Below are positions 28,987 through 40,213 of a stretch of DNA of 64,000 nt, one piece after another. Numbering within the stretch: the first letter of the stretch is position 1; the number at the start of each line of letters is the position of its first letter. This stretch comes from an uncultured Rhodopirellula sp. (lineage in GTDB: Bacteria; Planctomycetota; Planctomycetia; Pirellulales; Pirellulaceae): the NCBI GenBank assembly GCA_964007735.1, contig CAXGAI010000007.1, positions 1 to 64,000 of the forward strand, given 5' to 3'. Below the pieces are notes generated by a model that was given only the letters and a program-made list of their open reading frames with translations, was not told the DNA's origin and did no database searches. Made by a program: the position numbers and the translations under genes.

Positions 28987-31371
28987 TTACTGCGCTCGAG
29001 AGAAATCAAACCTCGCCCAGAATGGATGCTGACGGTCTCCTCGCAGACGTACATCTTCGAGCATGACCTCGGCACTGGCCGTGACAGGTACAATGCGTTC
29101 ACGTCCGATTACGTTGAGCGTGACATTCTTTTCAAAGTCGACAAGATCGGGTGTTAAAAAGACCGAGATGCGTGCAGCTGCGCTCTTAATACGTATGCGA
29201 TTGTTTGGGCTAACCGATGCTTCGATTTCCATCGTACGCGTAGTCGTTGGAGGCCATTCCAATGGTAGCGTCACCGTCTCCGGAGGAAAATCCGTAAACT
29301 CGGCCCACCAAAAGTAATTGTCCCAGGGTCTAAGCGTTGTGACGTTGTATTCGGGAACGCTGAATTCGCGACGATGAAATCGCATCCAACTGAACATGTG
29401 ATGAATGTCATCCTGAAAATGGTCATGTCCGCGGCCTTTGTATTCGACGATCATCGTGTCGAAGCCGGAACGATTTAAATAACGATTGAAGTCACGTTCG
29501 TTTTGAGCTATTCGATTACCATCCATTTCACCTGACACGAAGTAGAATGAAACGTGTTTAGCATTTTTCCAGTATCGTGTGACGTATTTGCCTGCTGTGG
29601 CACAAACCGGGAGTACACCGGCCCATAGATCGGGGTGAGCTAAACCAATATCCCAGGCAGCGTCTCCACCGACACTATGACCGCTTAGGAAAATGCGGTC
29701 GGTATCAATGGCAAATCGATGTAGACTTTCCTGTAAAGCGTAAAGCACTCGGGAGTGTTCTTGAGCGGAATACTGGTAGGAAGCTTGATATTGATCTTCG
29801 GTCCACTCTGGAGCGATCACGATATAGCCATGTCGAGACGCTTGTCCTAGTCGCATATCCATTTGCTTATTGTAGGATCCGGCCCACCAATCGATTTGCT
29901 GTTCAGGAGAATTACCCGCACCATGCAGGCTCACAATGGTTGGATATTTGCGATAGGCATCGTAGTCCGGTGGCAATTGCACGACATATCGGAATATCTT
30001 GTCATCTGCTCCGGTTGTTTCATAAGTGAAATGTAACGGATCTTCGTGTGCCTGTTGTTCTAGTGGAATGGAGGGCTTCATGGCATTGAGTAAACGTGCG
30101 ATGTTCGTAGGAGTGCCACCTTCGAGCCCCGCAATGTGATCGAGTATTTCACGACGTTGCTCGGTATTGTCGCTAGTCAAATATTCACGAATTGCGTTGC
30201 GGACATCAAACAACGAAATGGCAACAGCTAGGTTTTGGGTGACTTCACCCTGCCCCATTAACCACCCACTGATCGCCATGGCTAGCTTTTGATCGAAGCC
30301 GATCTCCGGATCTTCACCAAGTCTGACAAAGTCAGCGAACCTTGGCAGTGTGTTGATATTCAGTTCGCTGAATATCTCTTTACGGATCTTAGCGATGGCC
30401 TCTATGGTTTCCTGTTCCTCCAGTGGGGAGGCATATTTGTCAAACATAGCAAAGACGATATCGCGTTGTTTCGACTGTTCGTCATAATCTTTTAGTAGAT
30501 CTCGCGCTCGGAGCAATGTTTCCACCGCCACTCCGTCGCTGGGGAAATTCTCTAACCATGCGTATACCCGGGAATGTTGTCCTGCGCGTTGCCGATTTTC
30601 GATTTCTTCGATAAGTCTGTCAGCAAGAGCTTGTCGAAGCTGCGAAATCTGCTCTTTGAGATTCGCCAACTCGGGGAACTGCTCGATGGCGGATTGTAAC
30701 TCGAACATGGCCTCTCGGTATCGTTCACATTGCATATAGAGCCGGACAATCTTCAATCGATCATCCGGGTTCTTCATATCCAGATGAGTTTTCAGGATTT
30801 TGCCGAGAATTGGAGTCGGCATGCTGCTGGTGGCGAGTCGTGTTTCCCAAATAATGGGGGTCTTCGTGAACAAGGTCTCAAGCTTAATATATTTTGAGTT
30901 TACTTCGGTAACTCCCTGAACAAGATGGAGAGGGCCACGAGCATCTTTCATGGTGACTGTACGCCGTCCAAAGTCGTCAAAGGTCGTGATATTCAGGATA
31001 GGACCGACCGCGACCAAACGTTTGCCGACGGTTGCAACCCGTTGTTTCAGCATGATTCGTTCGAGGCTGCCTGAAGGTGAATTAACGAAATTGAGAACTT
31101 GATATTGCGAGAAGAAAGTACGGCGAATCCCATCATCAGCAAAATGGACTAACTTATTGGATACTTCACCTGCTGTGGTTCCGGAGGCTAGTGGGGATTC
31201 TCCAATCCCCCCGATTTTTCCGGGTTCCCCTTCGATCTGCACGTTGTTCTTCAACGTGTAAATTGCAGCTGAGACTCCGCTCGCAATAAAGATGAGCATC
31301 AGCAAACTAATACCAGCGGCCGAGGCACGATTGGGTTTTCGAAATTGGGCGGGTGCTGAAACCACAGTCAA
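28987..31371 (-). CDS. Secreted protein with C-terminal alpha/beta-hydrolase (esterase/peptidase-like) domain
   Basis: Signal peptide; PTIVSLHGAG, IDTDRIFLSGHSVGGDAAW, HPDLWAG, GRGH. Confidence 0.8.
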   Translation of the reverse strand: MTVVSAPAQFRKPNRASAAGISLLMLIFIASGVSAAIYTLKNNVQIEGEPGKIGGIGESPLASGTTAGEVSNKLVHFADDGIRRTFFSQYQVLNFVNSPSGSLERIMLKQRVATVGKRLVAVGPILNITTFDDFGRRTVTMKDARGPLHLVQGVTEVNSKYIKLETLFTKTPIIWETRLATSSMPTPILGKILKTHLDMKNPDDRLKIVRLYMQCERYREAMFELQSAIEQFPELANLKEQISQLRQALADRLIEEIENRQRAGQHSRVYAWLENFPSDGVAVETLLRARDLLKDYDEQSKQRDIVFAMFDKYASPLEEQETIEAIAKIRKEIFSELNINTLPRFADFVRLGEDPEIGFDQKLAMAISGWLMGQGEVTQNLAVAISLFDVRNAIREYLTSDNTEQRREILDHIAGLEGGTPTNIARLLNAMKPSIPLEQQAHEDPLHFTYETTGADDKIFRYVVQLPPDYDAYRKYPTIVSLHGAGNSPEQQIDWWAGSYNKQMDMRLGQASRHGYIVIAPEWTEDQYQASYQYSAQEHSRVLYALQESLHRFAIDTDRIFLSGHSVGGDAAWDIGLAHPDLWAGVLPVCATAGKYVTRYWKNAKHVSFYFVSGEMDGNRIAQNERDFNRYLNRSGFDTMIVEYKGRGHDHFQDDIHHMFSWMRFHRREFSVPEYNVTTLRPWDNYFWWAEFTDFPPETVTLPLEWPPTTTRTMEIEASVSPNNRIRIKSAAARISVFLTPDLVDFEKNVTLNVIGRERIVPVTASAEVMLEDVRLRGDRQHPFWARFDFSRAQ

Positions 31372-31570
31372 TAACTCACATAGCGGGTAAGAAGGTTAAC
31401 AATAGTGATCTTACTGTTTGTATTTATCGGCAAAACGAGCGTCGGATACCGTGTCATTATTATTGCTGTCTAACCTCATTTGACCAGAACCTTGGCTTTA
31501 ATTGCAAACAAATGCCGATGGATTTGGCTTCTGTATAAGCGACCTTAACAAAGACAATTCAAGGGAGTTG

Positions 31571-31598
31571 TTGACATCGGTGTCCACTGCCTTAAAAT
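31571..31598 (+). promoter_or_regulatory. Sigma-70-type promoter
   Basis: TTGACA (31571-31576), 16-nt spacer, TAAAAT (31593-31598), 33 bp before ATG 31632. Confidence 0.65.
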
Positions 31599-31631
31599 GC
31601 TCAGGTTAGGAAGAATGGGGGTTATACTGTA

Positions 31632-31892
31632 ATGCTTCGGCGTACCATTGTCGTTTTGCTTTTGATTCTCGTATCAGCGGCGGTCACAAGTTTGGTGTCC
31701 GGCGGTGCTGCGTTAGTAGCCGGTAACTTTGAACGCGGTGGCGTAAGTCAGGTGTTTATGGTGATCTCAGTGATCGGACTGTTAGTGTCTTTGATCGTTT
31801 TCTTTTTGTTAGTACTTGCAATGGCACTCTACCTTGTTGAACAATCTAATAAGGAAACTGTTCCTGAACCAAGTTCAACTCCTGAGACTTAA
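31632..31892 (+). CDS. Small two-TM membrane protein
   Basis: Two long hydrophobic helices; directly behind a good sigma-70 promoter. Confidence 0.65.
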   Translation: MLRRTIVVLLLILVSAAVTSLVSGGAALVAGNFERGGVSQVFMVISVIGLLVSLIVFFLLVLAMALYLVEQSNKETVPEPSSTPET

Positions 31893-31925
31893 TACGTCCA
31901 ACTGGCGTGTAATATCACTGCCCCT

Positions 31926-32993
31926 ATGATCAAGTTTAATTGTCCTCATTGTCAGCAGTCCTTAAGAGTCCCCGTTTCGCGTGCTGATACGGAAGCAACC
32001 TGCCCGGGGTGTCATGCACAATTGCGGGTTCCGCCTGCCGTAGCTGCAGAGGATTCGGGAGTTCTCACGGCTCCTCCTGTGGTGTCTCAGCCGCCTGAGT
32101 TTACTGCACCCCCTGTTGTAACTGAAGATCCGACCTTGGTTGATCTCTCCGTGATGGAAATCCCGGAGTCAGGTTTAGAGAGCGATCTAAATAGTCTTGA
32201 TGTACTGGCCGATGCTGAAGGGAATTTGGCTTCGATTCATGAAGAAGTGAAGGATGATAGTTCGCCGTTTTCAAAAGAAAATGATGCGGTTTCAAACAAC
32301 TTATTGGAAGATCGACGTCGTCGAGTGGAAGTTTCATCGAAGGTTTTTGACGACTTGGCCGATCGTGTATCAAAAGAAACGGCGGCAGATTCCAAAATCC
32401 TCTCAAATCGTCGAGCACATGGACAGTTAGGTGTGTCAAGAAGTAACTTGTACATGTTTGCTGCTTTGATTTTGTTTGTGGCCATCACGAGCTTTTGGTT
32501 AGGTACGATGATGAGTCTCGGATCGAAATCACAGGTTGAGACTGAGATAGCCGGTGTAGATGACTACGTGAATTTTGAAGGCCGGGTGACCTTTCGCACG
32601 GACAACGATCCGGAAGCGATCGACGAAATGGCCTTGGTGATGTTGCTACCGGAGGATTCGTTACCGAGTGAGAAATTCGTGGAAAACGGGATTGCTGCAG
32701 GAGTCCCGTTAGATGAATCATTACCAAGTGTGCTGGAGATCCGTCGGCTTGGTGGGGATATTACGATGGCCGGGGTAGAGGGCCAGTTCGCGATGAAAAT
32801 AGCATCGGGACACCGCTACTATCTACTCGTTGTGTCAGCCTTGAAACCGGCTGAAAAAGAGCCTGGTGATCAGGAACTTGAAGAATTAGGTCGCTACTTC
32901 GGTTCACCAGCACGATTGCTAGACGGCAAGTTCTATCGCTGGTCATTAGAAGTGGTAAACACAAACCGAGATGTCCGTGTTTACCACCGTTGA
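31926..32993 (+). CDS. Bitopic membrane protein with N-terminal zinc ribbon
   Basis: CPHC..CPGC, acidic/Pro linker (TAPPVV x2), single TM, C-terminal globular domain. Confidence 0.8.
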   Translation: MIKFNCPHCQQSLRVPVSRADTEATCPGCHAQLRVPPAVAAEDSGVLTAPPVVSQPPEFTAPPVVTEDPTLVDLSVMEIPESGLESDLNSLDVLADAEGNLASIHEEVKDDSSPFSKENDAVSNNLLEDRRRRVEVSSKVFDDLADRVSKETAADSKILSNRRAHGQLGVSRSNLYMFAALILFVAITSFWLGTMMSLGSKSQVETEIAGVDDYVNFEGRVTFRTDNDPEAIDEMALVMLLPEDSLPSEKFVENGIAAGVPLDESLPSVLEIRRLGGDITMAGVEGQFAMKIASGHRYYLLVVSALKPAEKEPGDQELEELGRYFGSPARLLDGKFYRWSLEVVNTNRDVRVYHR

Positions 32994-33029
32994 TTTTTCA
33001 GTAACTCGCTGATTAACAGCCTATAGTTG

Positions 33030-35048
33030 TTAGTTCTTTTTCAGAACAGCACCCGAGATGAACCAGCCATCATCGCGAGTTTGGACATAGGTGCCCGAGG
33101 GCCCCAGATATTTGGCAACCTTTTCGAATTCAGGCATCTTAGATACGTCGAGTTTTTCAATGTTTTGCTCTTCTTCCGGTGAGCCCATCAGACGATTAAG
33201 AAGCTTGCCGGCAATCGTATCAGATTGATGCATTTTGCCCTGTTGAAGAAGTTTGTAATTGGGCTCATTTTTCTTATCTAGCCGGCTGAACATTCGCATG
33301 CTAGTGGAGTCCGCTCCCAGAGATTTCAGAGCGGCTTCCACTCGTTGATAGTCGTCCGTATCATCAAGCTTATTTGCGTCCTTTTCTCGAAGTAGGTCCT
33401 CGATGAAGTCAGCACCTGAGGCAACAATGATGTGACCACTGTCTGAAACGGTAACGGCCCATTGACTGATGAGAGGTTGAGAGCCTACCGCTTCTTCCTC
33501 AGGAGCCCCGAAGTCTTCGCCGCCGAATCCTTCATCTCCGCCAAAGCCTTCGCCACCGAAGCTGTCGTCACCAAATTCAAGATTTAATTCGATGTCTATT
33601 TCTTCTTCGACGTTGAGCACTTCATAGATAGTAAAACCATTGAATTCACGCTCCTGCTTGTTCGGTTCAGCACTCATGAATTTGGCAACAGCCTTACGGA
33701 CAGCCGGCGCATCGGTTATGTCGATGGCGGCCAACCACTGATGAGTGTCGATGTCGACTGGTTCTTTGAAGCCCGTCATGATCGATACGCGACCAGCTAG
33801 GTAGCCTACAAGTTCGTCCCGAATGTCAAGCTGAGGACCGTTAACATCGTGGGCGATTCCTTCAAGGATTTCTTCGAACAGATCCTGTCCTTCTTCGGCA
33901 TCAAGGTATTCGTTGACTAAAGTTTTAGCGTATTCGAATGAATCTCGCAGATTCCAGTTCATGGTCGTGTAGGTACTGACATTCGATGGTATCCATGATT
34001 GTGGCGCCTGATTCTCGGTGTTAGGAAAGTCCAGCATCCGGGCGGCCAGACGATACTGATCTGAATCTTTGGCTGCAATGCGTTCGTCTTTTTCGGTTCC
34101 ATTTGCTGCGGCTTCATCTTCTAACGTGATTTGGGCTTCAATACCTTGCGTGTCACGCGGAGCGTAGACGAAAGTGTGGTGCGTGAATTCCTTTTCGCCT
34201 TCGGCAACGACGACCCAACCACCCAGACCTCGAATGGCCCCGAATCCCTGCCCTAGAAGCAATTCTTGGAAGTTTTTACCTTGCGGTTCAACACCCGCAG
34301 CGGCTTGCACTGTTTTTGCGTAACCGAATGGTTCAACAAACCAGCGAATTTGAGCAGCAACTTCCGAAGCATCTTCACAGCGTTGCATTGCTACCTGATA
34401 GGCTTCGAGGCCGGCAACATTGTCGTCTCCCGGGTTTTCAAAGCGAGCCATGATGTCGGCCATTACTTTAGTGTGGTCGGTGGAGATGATGTGATCTTTA
34501 TGAATGATGTAGTAGGCACTATAGGAGATTTCTGGGTCGTCTTCATCAGTGACTGTGTATTTAGCGACTTCCTGACCAGCCACTTCGATGGAGGATTCTA
34601 CAGCACCCTGCTCCACCAGTTCTTTTCCAATACGATTTACCAATTCCTGAGCATCCTCTAACGAACCGGTTACATCGACGATTAAGGCAAGAGCGTGAGG
34701 TTGCACTTCATCTTCAACGGCAATAACAGCTGAAGCGGCTTCGCCTGCACTCAGGTTTTCCAGATCTTCAAAGTTGATTCCTAAACGAATGCCTGTTTGA
34801 TCGAAGCGAGACTGAAGCTGTCGCTTCAGCTCATCAGCAAAAGGCTTGATGACAGGATCGGTCATTAATTGATGAATTTGAGTCTTCTCAAATCGTTGTT
34901 GAAGCTCGTCTAAATCAGGAACTGCAAAATATGCTTTTGTGGTATCAGGTAGCAGTTGATCCGTTGAAGGTGCAGCGAATACTGAAGATAATCCAAAAAC
35001 GGTAGTAAGAGCAAAGGCTACCATTAGTTTCGAGAACGAATTGGTCAC
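33030..35048 (-). CDS. Secreted acidic hypothetical protein (DUF3352-like)
   Basis: Signal peptide VFA-A; LLPDTTKAY..VPD start and KYLGPSG..DDGW end typical of this planctomycete family (recalled, unverified). Confidence 0.65.
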   Translation of the reverse strand: MTNSFSKLMVAFALTTVFGLSSVFAAPSTDQLLPDTTKAYFAVPDLDELQQRFEKTQIHQLMTDPVIKPFADELKRQLQSRFDQTGIRLGINFEDLENLSAGEAASAVIAVEDEVQPHALALIVDVTGSLEDAQELVNRIGKELVEQGAVESSIEVAGQEVAKYTVTDEDDPEISYSAYYIIHKDHIISTDHTKVMADIMARFENPGDDNVAGLEAYQVAMQRCEDASEVAAQIRWFVEPFGYAKTVQAAAGVEPQGKNFQELLLGQGFGAIRGLGGWVVVAEGEKEFTHHTFVYAPRDTQGIEAQITLEDEAAANGTEKDERIAAKDSDQYRLAARMLDFPNTENQAPQSWIPSNVSTYTTMNWNLRDSFEYAKTLVNEYLDAEEGQDLFEEILEGIAHDVNGPQLDIRDELVGYLAGRVSIMTGFKEPVDIDTHQWLAAIDITDAPAVRKAVAKFMSAEPNKQEREFNGFTIYEVLNVEEEIDIELNLEFGDDSFGGEGFGGDEGFGGEDFGAPEEEAVGSQPLISQWAVTVSDSGHIIVASGADFIEDLLREKDANKLDDTDDYQRVEAALKSLGADSTSMRMFSRLDKKNEPNYKLLQQGKMHQSDTIAGKLLNRLMGSPEEEQNIEKLDVSKMPEFEKVAKYLGPSGTYVQTRDDGWFISGAVLKKN

Positions 35049-35520
35049 GGTGCAATTCCTTTGGTTGTCAGGTCTTTGATGAGCATGTGCCGAGCTTTAT
35101 CAATAAGACCTATTACTAATGCAAAGGGGACATCACTTTACATTACATTTTAGATGCGGGTTGTTTTGGGCTTCGTTTGGGAAACTTTACCGATTAGGCA
35201 GGAATGGTAGTTTCAAACCTGCCGGGTGCACTCTCGATATCATCCCGAACTCTTTCATCTATCGGTGAAATAGGGTTGATAACGTGAATAGTGCTGGTAT
35301 GGATTATTCCAATCTTACAAAAATCGGTGTTGGGCAATATTAAATAAATGTTATAGCTAGCGCAGTTTAACATTCTTTTTTGATTTGGAGGGTGGCGATT
35401 GCAGAATTCGATCACCCCATCGGAAATCATTTGATAAAATCCCCGCCTTTGAGGGGATTCTTAAAAGAGGTCTGTCTTCTATTAAACATGCCAGAATCGG
35501 TACCTGTTACAATCATTGCT

Positions 35521-36921
35521 ATGAATGAATTTCATTTAGAGACACTGATTCATGACCCTATTCATGGCTATATTCCTGTAGGAAAGCGTGACGAGCGACT
35601 TACTTCAGGTAGTCACGCCGTATATGAAGAGGATGTAATCCATCATCCATGGGTGCAACGCATGCGTCACATTCATCAGTTGCAGACAGCATGGTGGATC
35701 TATCCGACAGCGGAACATTCCCGGTTTCAACATGTTTTAGGGGTTATGCATTTGGCGAGCCTCTGGACTCAAAGTTTGTATCCCAGCTTAAAGCAGGTGT
35801 GTCCGGAGGTACCAAGTCTGGGGTACGTCGAATCCTTAATGCGAATGGCTGGTTTATTGCATGATGTGGGACACGGGCCGTTTGGCCATTTCTTTGACGA
35901 ACACTATCTTCGAACATTTGGTGAAACTCATGAGACGGTAGGGGCTCAAATTATCCAGTCGGAGTTGGGAGAGCTTCTCAGTGAGTTGCGGGGGAATCCA
36001 AATAGCCGCTTAGATGATGATGAGCAGTTGAACCCGGATCATGTTGCCTGGATCATTCAACGCCCTCAAAGCGAGGAAGAAGAGCGTCCTCAATGGTTGT
36101 TGTTCCTGCGTAGCTTATTGAGTGGAATCTATACGATCGACAATATGGACTTCGTTCTGCGAGACGCTTACATGACCGGTTATAGCCAGCGTTCATATGA
36201 TTTGGAGCGTTTGGTCAGATATTCTTTCTTTAGCCGGGAGGGTTTAACTATTCATGACCGGGGCATTCATGCTTTGTTACGATTTATGGGGGCCAGAGCG
36301 GAACTGTTTCGCAATGTATATTTTCACCGAAGTGTTCGCGGTATTGACATTGCCTTAGCTGATGTCTTTGCTCGTTCGATGCCCTTGTTATTTCCAGGCA
36401 ATCCGTGCGAGCATCTTTCAGAATATCAAAAGTTGACGGAGGCTTCTTTGCTGGTAGATGTCGGGCGTTGGAAAAACGAGTCTGCTGAAAAGGGAGAATT
36501 AGGGGCGAAGTGGCAGGAGCTACTGCAGTGTCAGGTACCATGGACAATGGTTTGCCAGCGAACGATGACTTTTGACGAAGGCGATAGTGAGGCGAGCAGT
36601 ATCTTTACAGATCAGGAATTTGTCGAGAAAAAACTTCGTTCGTTCCTCCCCGATTCATTACGGGAACTGGAACTCAGGATTGATATCGCAAGACATATAT
36701 TTCGTCCACTTGTACAGGGGCCAGCTGTTGGCCAAAACTATTTGTTCGACTCGGCCACCGACCAGATTCGGCCATTAACCAGCCATGAACTGATCGATCG
36801 TCAGCCTGTCGCTCAGCGGATCTGTCGGATTTATGCCAGAAACATGGAGCATCAGCCAGCATTGGCCGCCGCTCTGCAACAGTTGGCAGGGCATGGTGAG
36901 GACGACCTGACCAACATGTAG
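35521..36921 (+). CDS. HD-domain phosphohydrolase (SAMHD1/YdhJ-like dNTP triphosphohydrolase family)
   Basis: DPIHG, QRMRHIHQL, HSRFQHVLG, LLHDVGHGPFGH, IDNMDFVLRD, VYFH. Confidence 0.88.
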   Translation: MNEFHLETLIHDPIHGYIPVGKRDERLTSGSHAVYEEDVIHHPWVQRMRHIHQLQTAWWIYPTAEHSRFQHVLGVMHLASLWTQSLYPSLKQVCPEVPSLGYVESLMRMAGLLHDVGHGPFGHFFDEHYLRTFGETHETVGAQIIQSELGELLSELRGNPNSRLDDDEQLNPDHVAWIIQRPQSEEEERPQWLLFLRSLLSGIYTIDNMDFVLRDAYMTGYSQRSYDLERLVRYSFFSREGLTIHDRGIHALLRFMGARAELFRNVYFHRSVRGIDIALADVFARSMPLLFPGNPCEHLSEYQKLTEASLLVDVGRWKNESAEKGELGAKWQELLQCQVPWTMVCQRTMTFDEGDSEASSIFTDQEFVEKKLRSFLPDSLRELELRIDIARHIFRPLVQGPAVGQNYLFDSATDQIRPLTSHELIDRQPVAQRICRIYARNMEHQPALAAALQQLAGHGEDDLTNM

Positions 36922-36978
36922 AATAATAATTCAGCAGAGTAAATAATTGCATTACAACAATTTGTTTGAGGAGCAAAG

Positions 36979-38061
36979 ATGTTTTTAGGATTCGGCGAAG
37001 TAATGATGCGCGTAGCACCTGAACATAAGTTGCGTTTGCGACAGGTGTTGCCGGGACGTGTGGAGATTACCTGGGGAGGTGGAGAAGCGAATGTATGCGC
37101 ATCGTTAGCAATGTTCGGTAATCAAGTTCGATATGCTTCGGCTCTACCCGACAATACGCTTGCAGAGAGTCTTAAGACATCTTTACGGGGGCTTGGGGTT
37201 GATACTTCTCAAATCCTTACTCGTAATGGGCGACTTGGTGTTTACTACGTCGAGTGTGGCGCCAACCAACGAGGTTCGACGGTGCTTTATGATCGAGCCT
37301 ATAGTAGTGTTTCGCTGGCCGAAGCAGCGGAGTATGACTTTGCCGCTATTTTGGAAGGAGTACATTGGTTACACATCTCAGGGATTACTCCTGCCGTTAG
37401 CAGACAGGCTTGTGAAGCTAATCTGGAATTGGTGAAACAGGCGAAATCAGCAGGCGTGGAGATTTCGTGTGATTTGAACTTCCGTAAGAAGTTATGGAAA
37501 TGGCACCCGGAAATTCAGGGGCAGGAATTGGCACGTCAATGCATGGCTGAAGTGTTGCCTTTCGTCGATTTAGTGATTGGTAACGAAGAAGATGCGGCAG
37601 ATGTTTTGGATATTCATCCAGCAGATACAGATGTTACGGCCGGTCATTTGAATGTAGCGGCTTATGAGGACGTCGCTCAGCAGATTGTAACTAAGTATTC
37701 CAATGTGAAGCGAGTGGCGATTACTTTGCGCGAGAGTATCTCTGCTGATCATAACAACTGGGGAGCGATGCTTTACGAGGCGGGAGGTACTGCTGTTTTT
37801 TCACCATTGAATTCCGCTGGTGAGTACGAATCTTTTAAAATAGGGCATATTGTGGATCGTGTTGGAGGTGGAGATTCTTTTGCGTCTGGCCTGCTTCATG
37901 CATTAAACGACTCCAGATACGACTCACTTCAGTCGGTCCTGGACTTTGCAGTGGCTGCCAGTTGCTTGAAGCATTCGATTAAAGGGGACTTCAATTACGT
38001 TAGTGTTGCGGAAGTTGAAGCGTTAGCCGATGGAAACGCCAGCGGACGGGTACAGCGATAA
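36979..38061 (+). CDS. kdgK: PfkB family sugar kinase, 2-keto-3-deoxygluconate kinase-like
   Basis: FGEVMMR, GGGEANV, SGITPA, DLNFRKKLW, NEED, DRVGGGDSF, LKHSIKGD. Confidence 0.88.
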   Translation: MFLGFGEVMMRVAPEHKLRLRQVLPGRVEITWGGGEANVCASLAMFGNQVRYASALPDNTLAESLKTSLRGLGVDTSQILTRNGRLGVYYVECGANQRGSTVLYDRAYSSVSLAEAAEYDFAAILEGVHWLHISGITPAVSRQACEANLELVKQAKSAGVEISCDLNFRKKLWKWHPEIQGQELARQCMAEVLPFVDLVIGNEEDAADVLDIHPADTDVTAGHLNVAAYEDVAQQIVTKYSNVKRVAITLRESISADHNNWGAMLYEAGGTAVFSPLNSAGEYESFKIGHIVDRVGGGDSFASGLLHALNDSRYDSLQSVLDFAVAASCLKHSIKGDFNYVSVAEVEALADGNASGRVQR

Positions 38062-38165
38062 CCGATCATGGAGCCGGTTCGCAGAACGTGCGAGTTGACG
38101 TAGAATACGGGTGCACAAGTGATTGCTTGAGCAGAATAGTTTTTTATTGACTGGAGAGACTTGGC

Positions 38166-39590
38166 GTGTCCCACGACAAATATCAAAACCCTCTGATTAC
38201 ACGGTACGCTTCCGCTGAAATGGCTGAGATCTTCAGTCCGCAGCGAAAGTTTTCTACTTGGCGAAAAATGTGGATTGCACTGGCTGAAGCTGAACAGGAA
38301 TTAGGCTTGCCGATTACCGATGAACAAATTGCTCAGCTTAAAAGTGAGGTCGAGAATATCGACTTTACTGCGGCCAAAGAATATGAAAAGAAGTTGCGTC
38401 ACGATGTGATGGCTCATGTGCACGCTTACGGTGACGTTTGCCCGGATGCTAGACCGATAATTCACCTGGGAGCAACCAGTTGCTTTGTTACAGACAATAC
38501 GGACGTGCTTCTTTTGCGTGAGGCGTTAGAGTATGTCCGTCAACGTCTGGCATCTGTGCTGGATGCTTTGGGTAAGTTTGCCATGGAAAATAAGTCGTTG
38601 GCAACTTTGGGATTCACGCATCTGCAACCAGCTCAGCCCACGACGGTGGGTAAACGAGCTTGCTTGTGGGCCTATGACTTCGCCATGGACTTGGAAGATA
38701 TTCAGCATCGGATTGTCGGGATGAAGGCCCGAAGTACCAAAGGTACGACGGGGACGCAGGCAAGTTTTCTTAAATTATTTGATGGCGATCATGCCAAAGT
38801 GCGTCTGCTAGAACAGAAGGTTGCTGAAAAAACAGGCTTCTCCTCCAGCTATGCGGTTACGGGACAAACTTATTCCCGCAAGGTCGACGCGCAGGTTCTG
38901 GATGCACTTTCGGGGATTGCTCAAAGTGCTCATAAGATGGCTTCTGACCTCCGTCTGCTGGCGAATCGTAAGGAGATTGAAGAGCCGTTTGAAAAACATC
39001 AAATTGGTTCGTCGGCAATGGCATATAAGCGTAACCCCATGCGGAGTGAACGCATTTGTGCTTTGAGTCGGTATGTAATGAGTCTTCAGTCGAGTACGGC
39101 TAATACGGTCGCCACGCAGTGGATGGAACGTACACTCGACGATAGTGCCAACCGTCGTCTGGTGCTTCCGCAGGCCTTCCTAGCCATTGATTCGGTTCTG
39201 ATTTTATTGCAGAACGTATGTGGCGGCATGGTGACCTATCCGAAGGTTATCGCCAGAAATCTCAATGATGAACTCCCGTTTATGGCCACCGAGAATATTT
39301 TGATGGCGGCCGTAGCTGCTGGTGGTGACCGTCAGGATTTACATGAGCGTATTCGCCAACACAGCCAGGATGCAGCATCCGAAGTGAAGCAGCAAGGTAA
39401 ACCAAATGACCTGCTGGATCGTTTGGCTCAGGATGAAGCTTTTGCAGGTGTGGATTTGTCAGCTTTGATGGATCCACAGCAATTCGTTGGGCGTTCGCCC
39501 GAACAGGTTGTCGAATTTATTGCTGAGGTGATTGAGCCGATTCGAGAGGCCTATGTTGACGGTGAAATAGCTGCTGAAGTTAACGTCTAA
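38166..39590 (+). CDS. purB: Adenylosuccinate lyase
   Basis: [49 protein letters not shown]. Confidence 0.97.
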   Translation: MSHDKYQNPLITRYASAEMAEIFSPQRKFSTWRKMWIALAEAEQELGLPITDEQIAQLKSEVENIDFTAAKEYEKKLRHDVMAHVHAYGDVCPDARPIIHLGATSCFVTDNTDVLLLREALEYVRQRLASVLDALGKFAMENKSLATLGFTHLQPAQPTTVGKRACLWAYDFAMDLEDIQHRIVGMKARSTKGTTGTQASFLKLFDGDHAKVRLLEQKVAEKTGFSSSYAVTGQTYSRKVDAQVLDALSGIAQSAHKMASDLRLLANRKEIEEPFEKHQIGSSAMAYKRNPMRSERICALSRYVMSLQSSTANTVATQWMERTLDDSANRRLVLPQAFLAIDSVLILLQNVCGGMVTYPKVIARNLNDELPFMATENILMAAVAAGGDRQDLHERIRQHSQDAASEVKQQGKPNDLLDRLAQDEAFAGVDLSALMDPQQFVGRSPEQVVEFIAEVIEPIREAYVDGEIAAEVNV

Positions 39591-39609
39591 GTACGGAGGA
39601 CTCTCGCTG

Positions 39610-40113
39610 CTAGATGAGGTCTTGCTTGCGTCGTTTGCGGCGTGGAGTGCGGCTGCATCTTTCGCAGATACCAGAGATAATGAGCCGGTGGCTGGTGACA
39701 CGAAACCGATGCTGTCGAGCAACGCTTCGTCGTAATTCAATCAACTCCTCACTTTGGAACTCGTAGAGCTCGTCACAGACAGTGCAATGCAGGTGATCGT
39801 GCTGTGGATAGCCGTAATCATGTTCATAGACTGCTCGACCATCCAACTCAAATTTCCGCAGTAAACCGGCGTCCACGAATTCAGCCAAAGTGCGATAGAC
39901 GGTTGGTCGACTTACATATCCGGGAGTACCTTTGCGGGGCAGTTGGTCAATCAGAGTATCGGCATCAAAGTGTTCGTGCCGGGAATATACTATTTCCATT
40001 AGATTACGACGTTGCTGCGTATTTCGCATGCCCTTGCTTTGCAGGTACTCTTCAAAACGGTCTCTGGGCGTCATCGAGACCTGCACGTCGTTAAGTCTGT
40101 AATCCTGATCCAT
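39610..40113 (-). CDS. Fur family transcriptional regulator
   Basis: RNTQQR, HFDAD, SRPTVYRTL, HDHLHCTVC, GICERC. Confidence 0.92.
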   Translation of the reverse strand: MDQDYRLNDVQVSMTPRDRFEEYLQSKGMRNTQQRRNLMEIVYSRHEHFDADTLIDQLPRKGTPGYVSRPTVYRTLAEFVDAGLLRKFELDGRAVYEHDYGYPQHDHLHCTVCDELYEFQSEELIELRRSVARQHRFRVTSHRLIISGICERCSRTPRRKRRKQDLI

Positions 40114-40213
40114 TGCCGCTGATTCTGCGTTAGCCAGCCTTTACTGTCATAAGTAAATGCCCAGCTTTGTAAACTGAGCAATCATTTTCATTTACTTAAT
40201 TAGTATAGCTCTT

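Noticed and set aside
35194..35430. 78-aa minus ORF in AT-rich divergent intergenic region
   Set aside because: No clear RBS or motif; better explained as promoter DNA.
35521..36921. HD protein as an anti-phage dNTPase system
   Set aside because: Sits in-strand with kdgK and purB with no defence or mobile genes nearby; a housekeeping role is more parsimonious.
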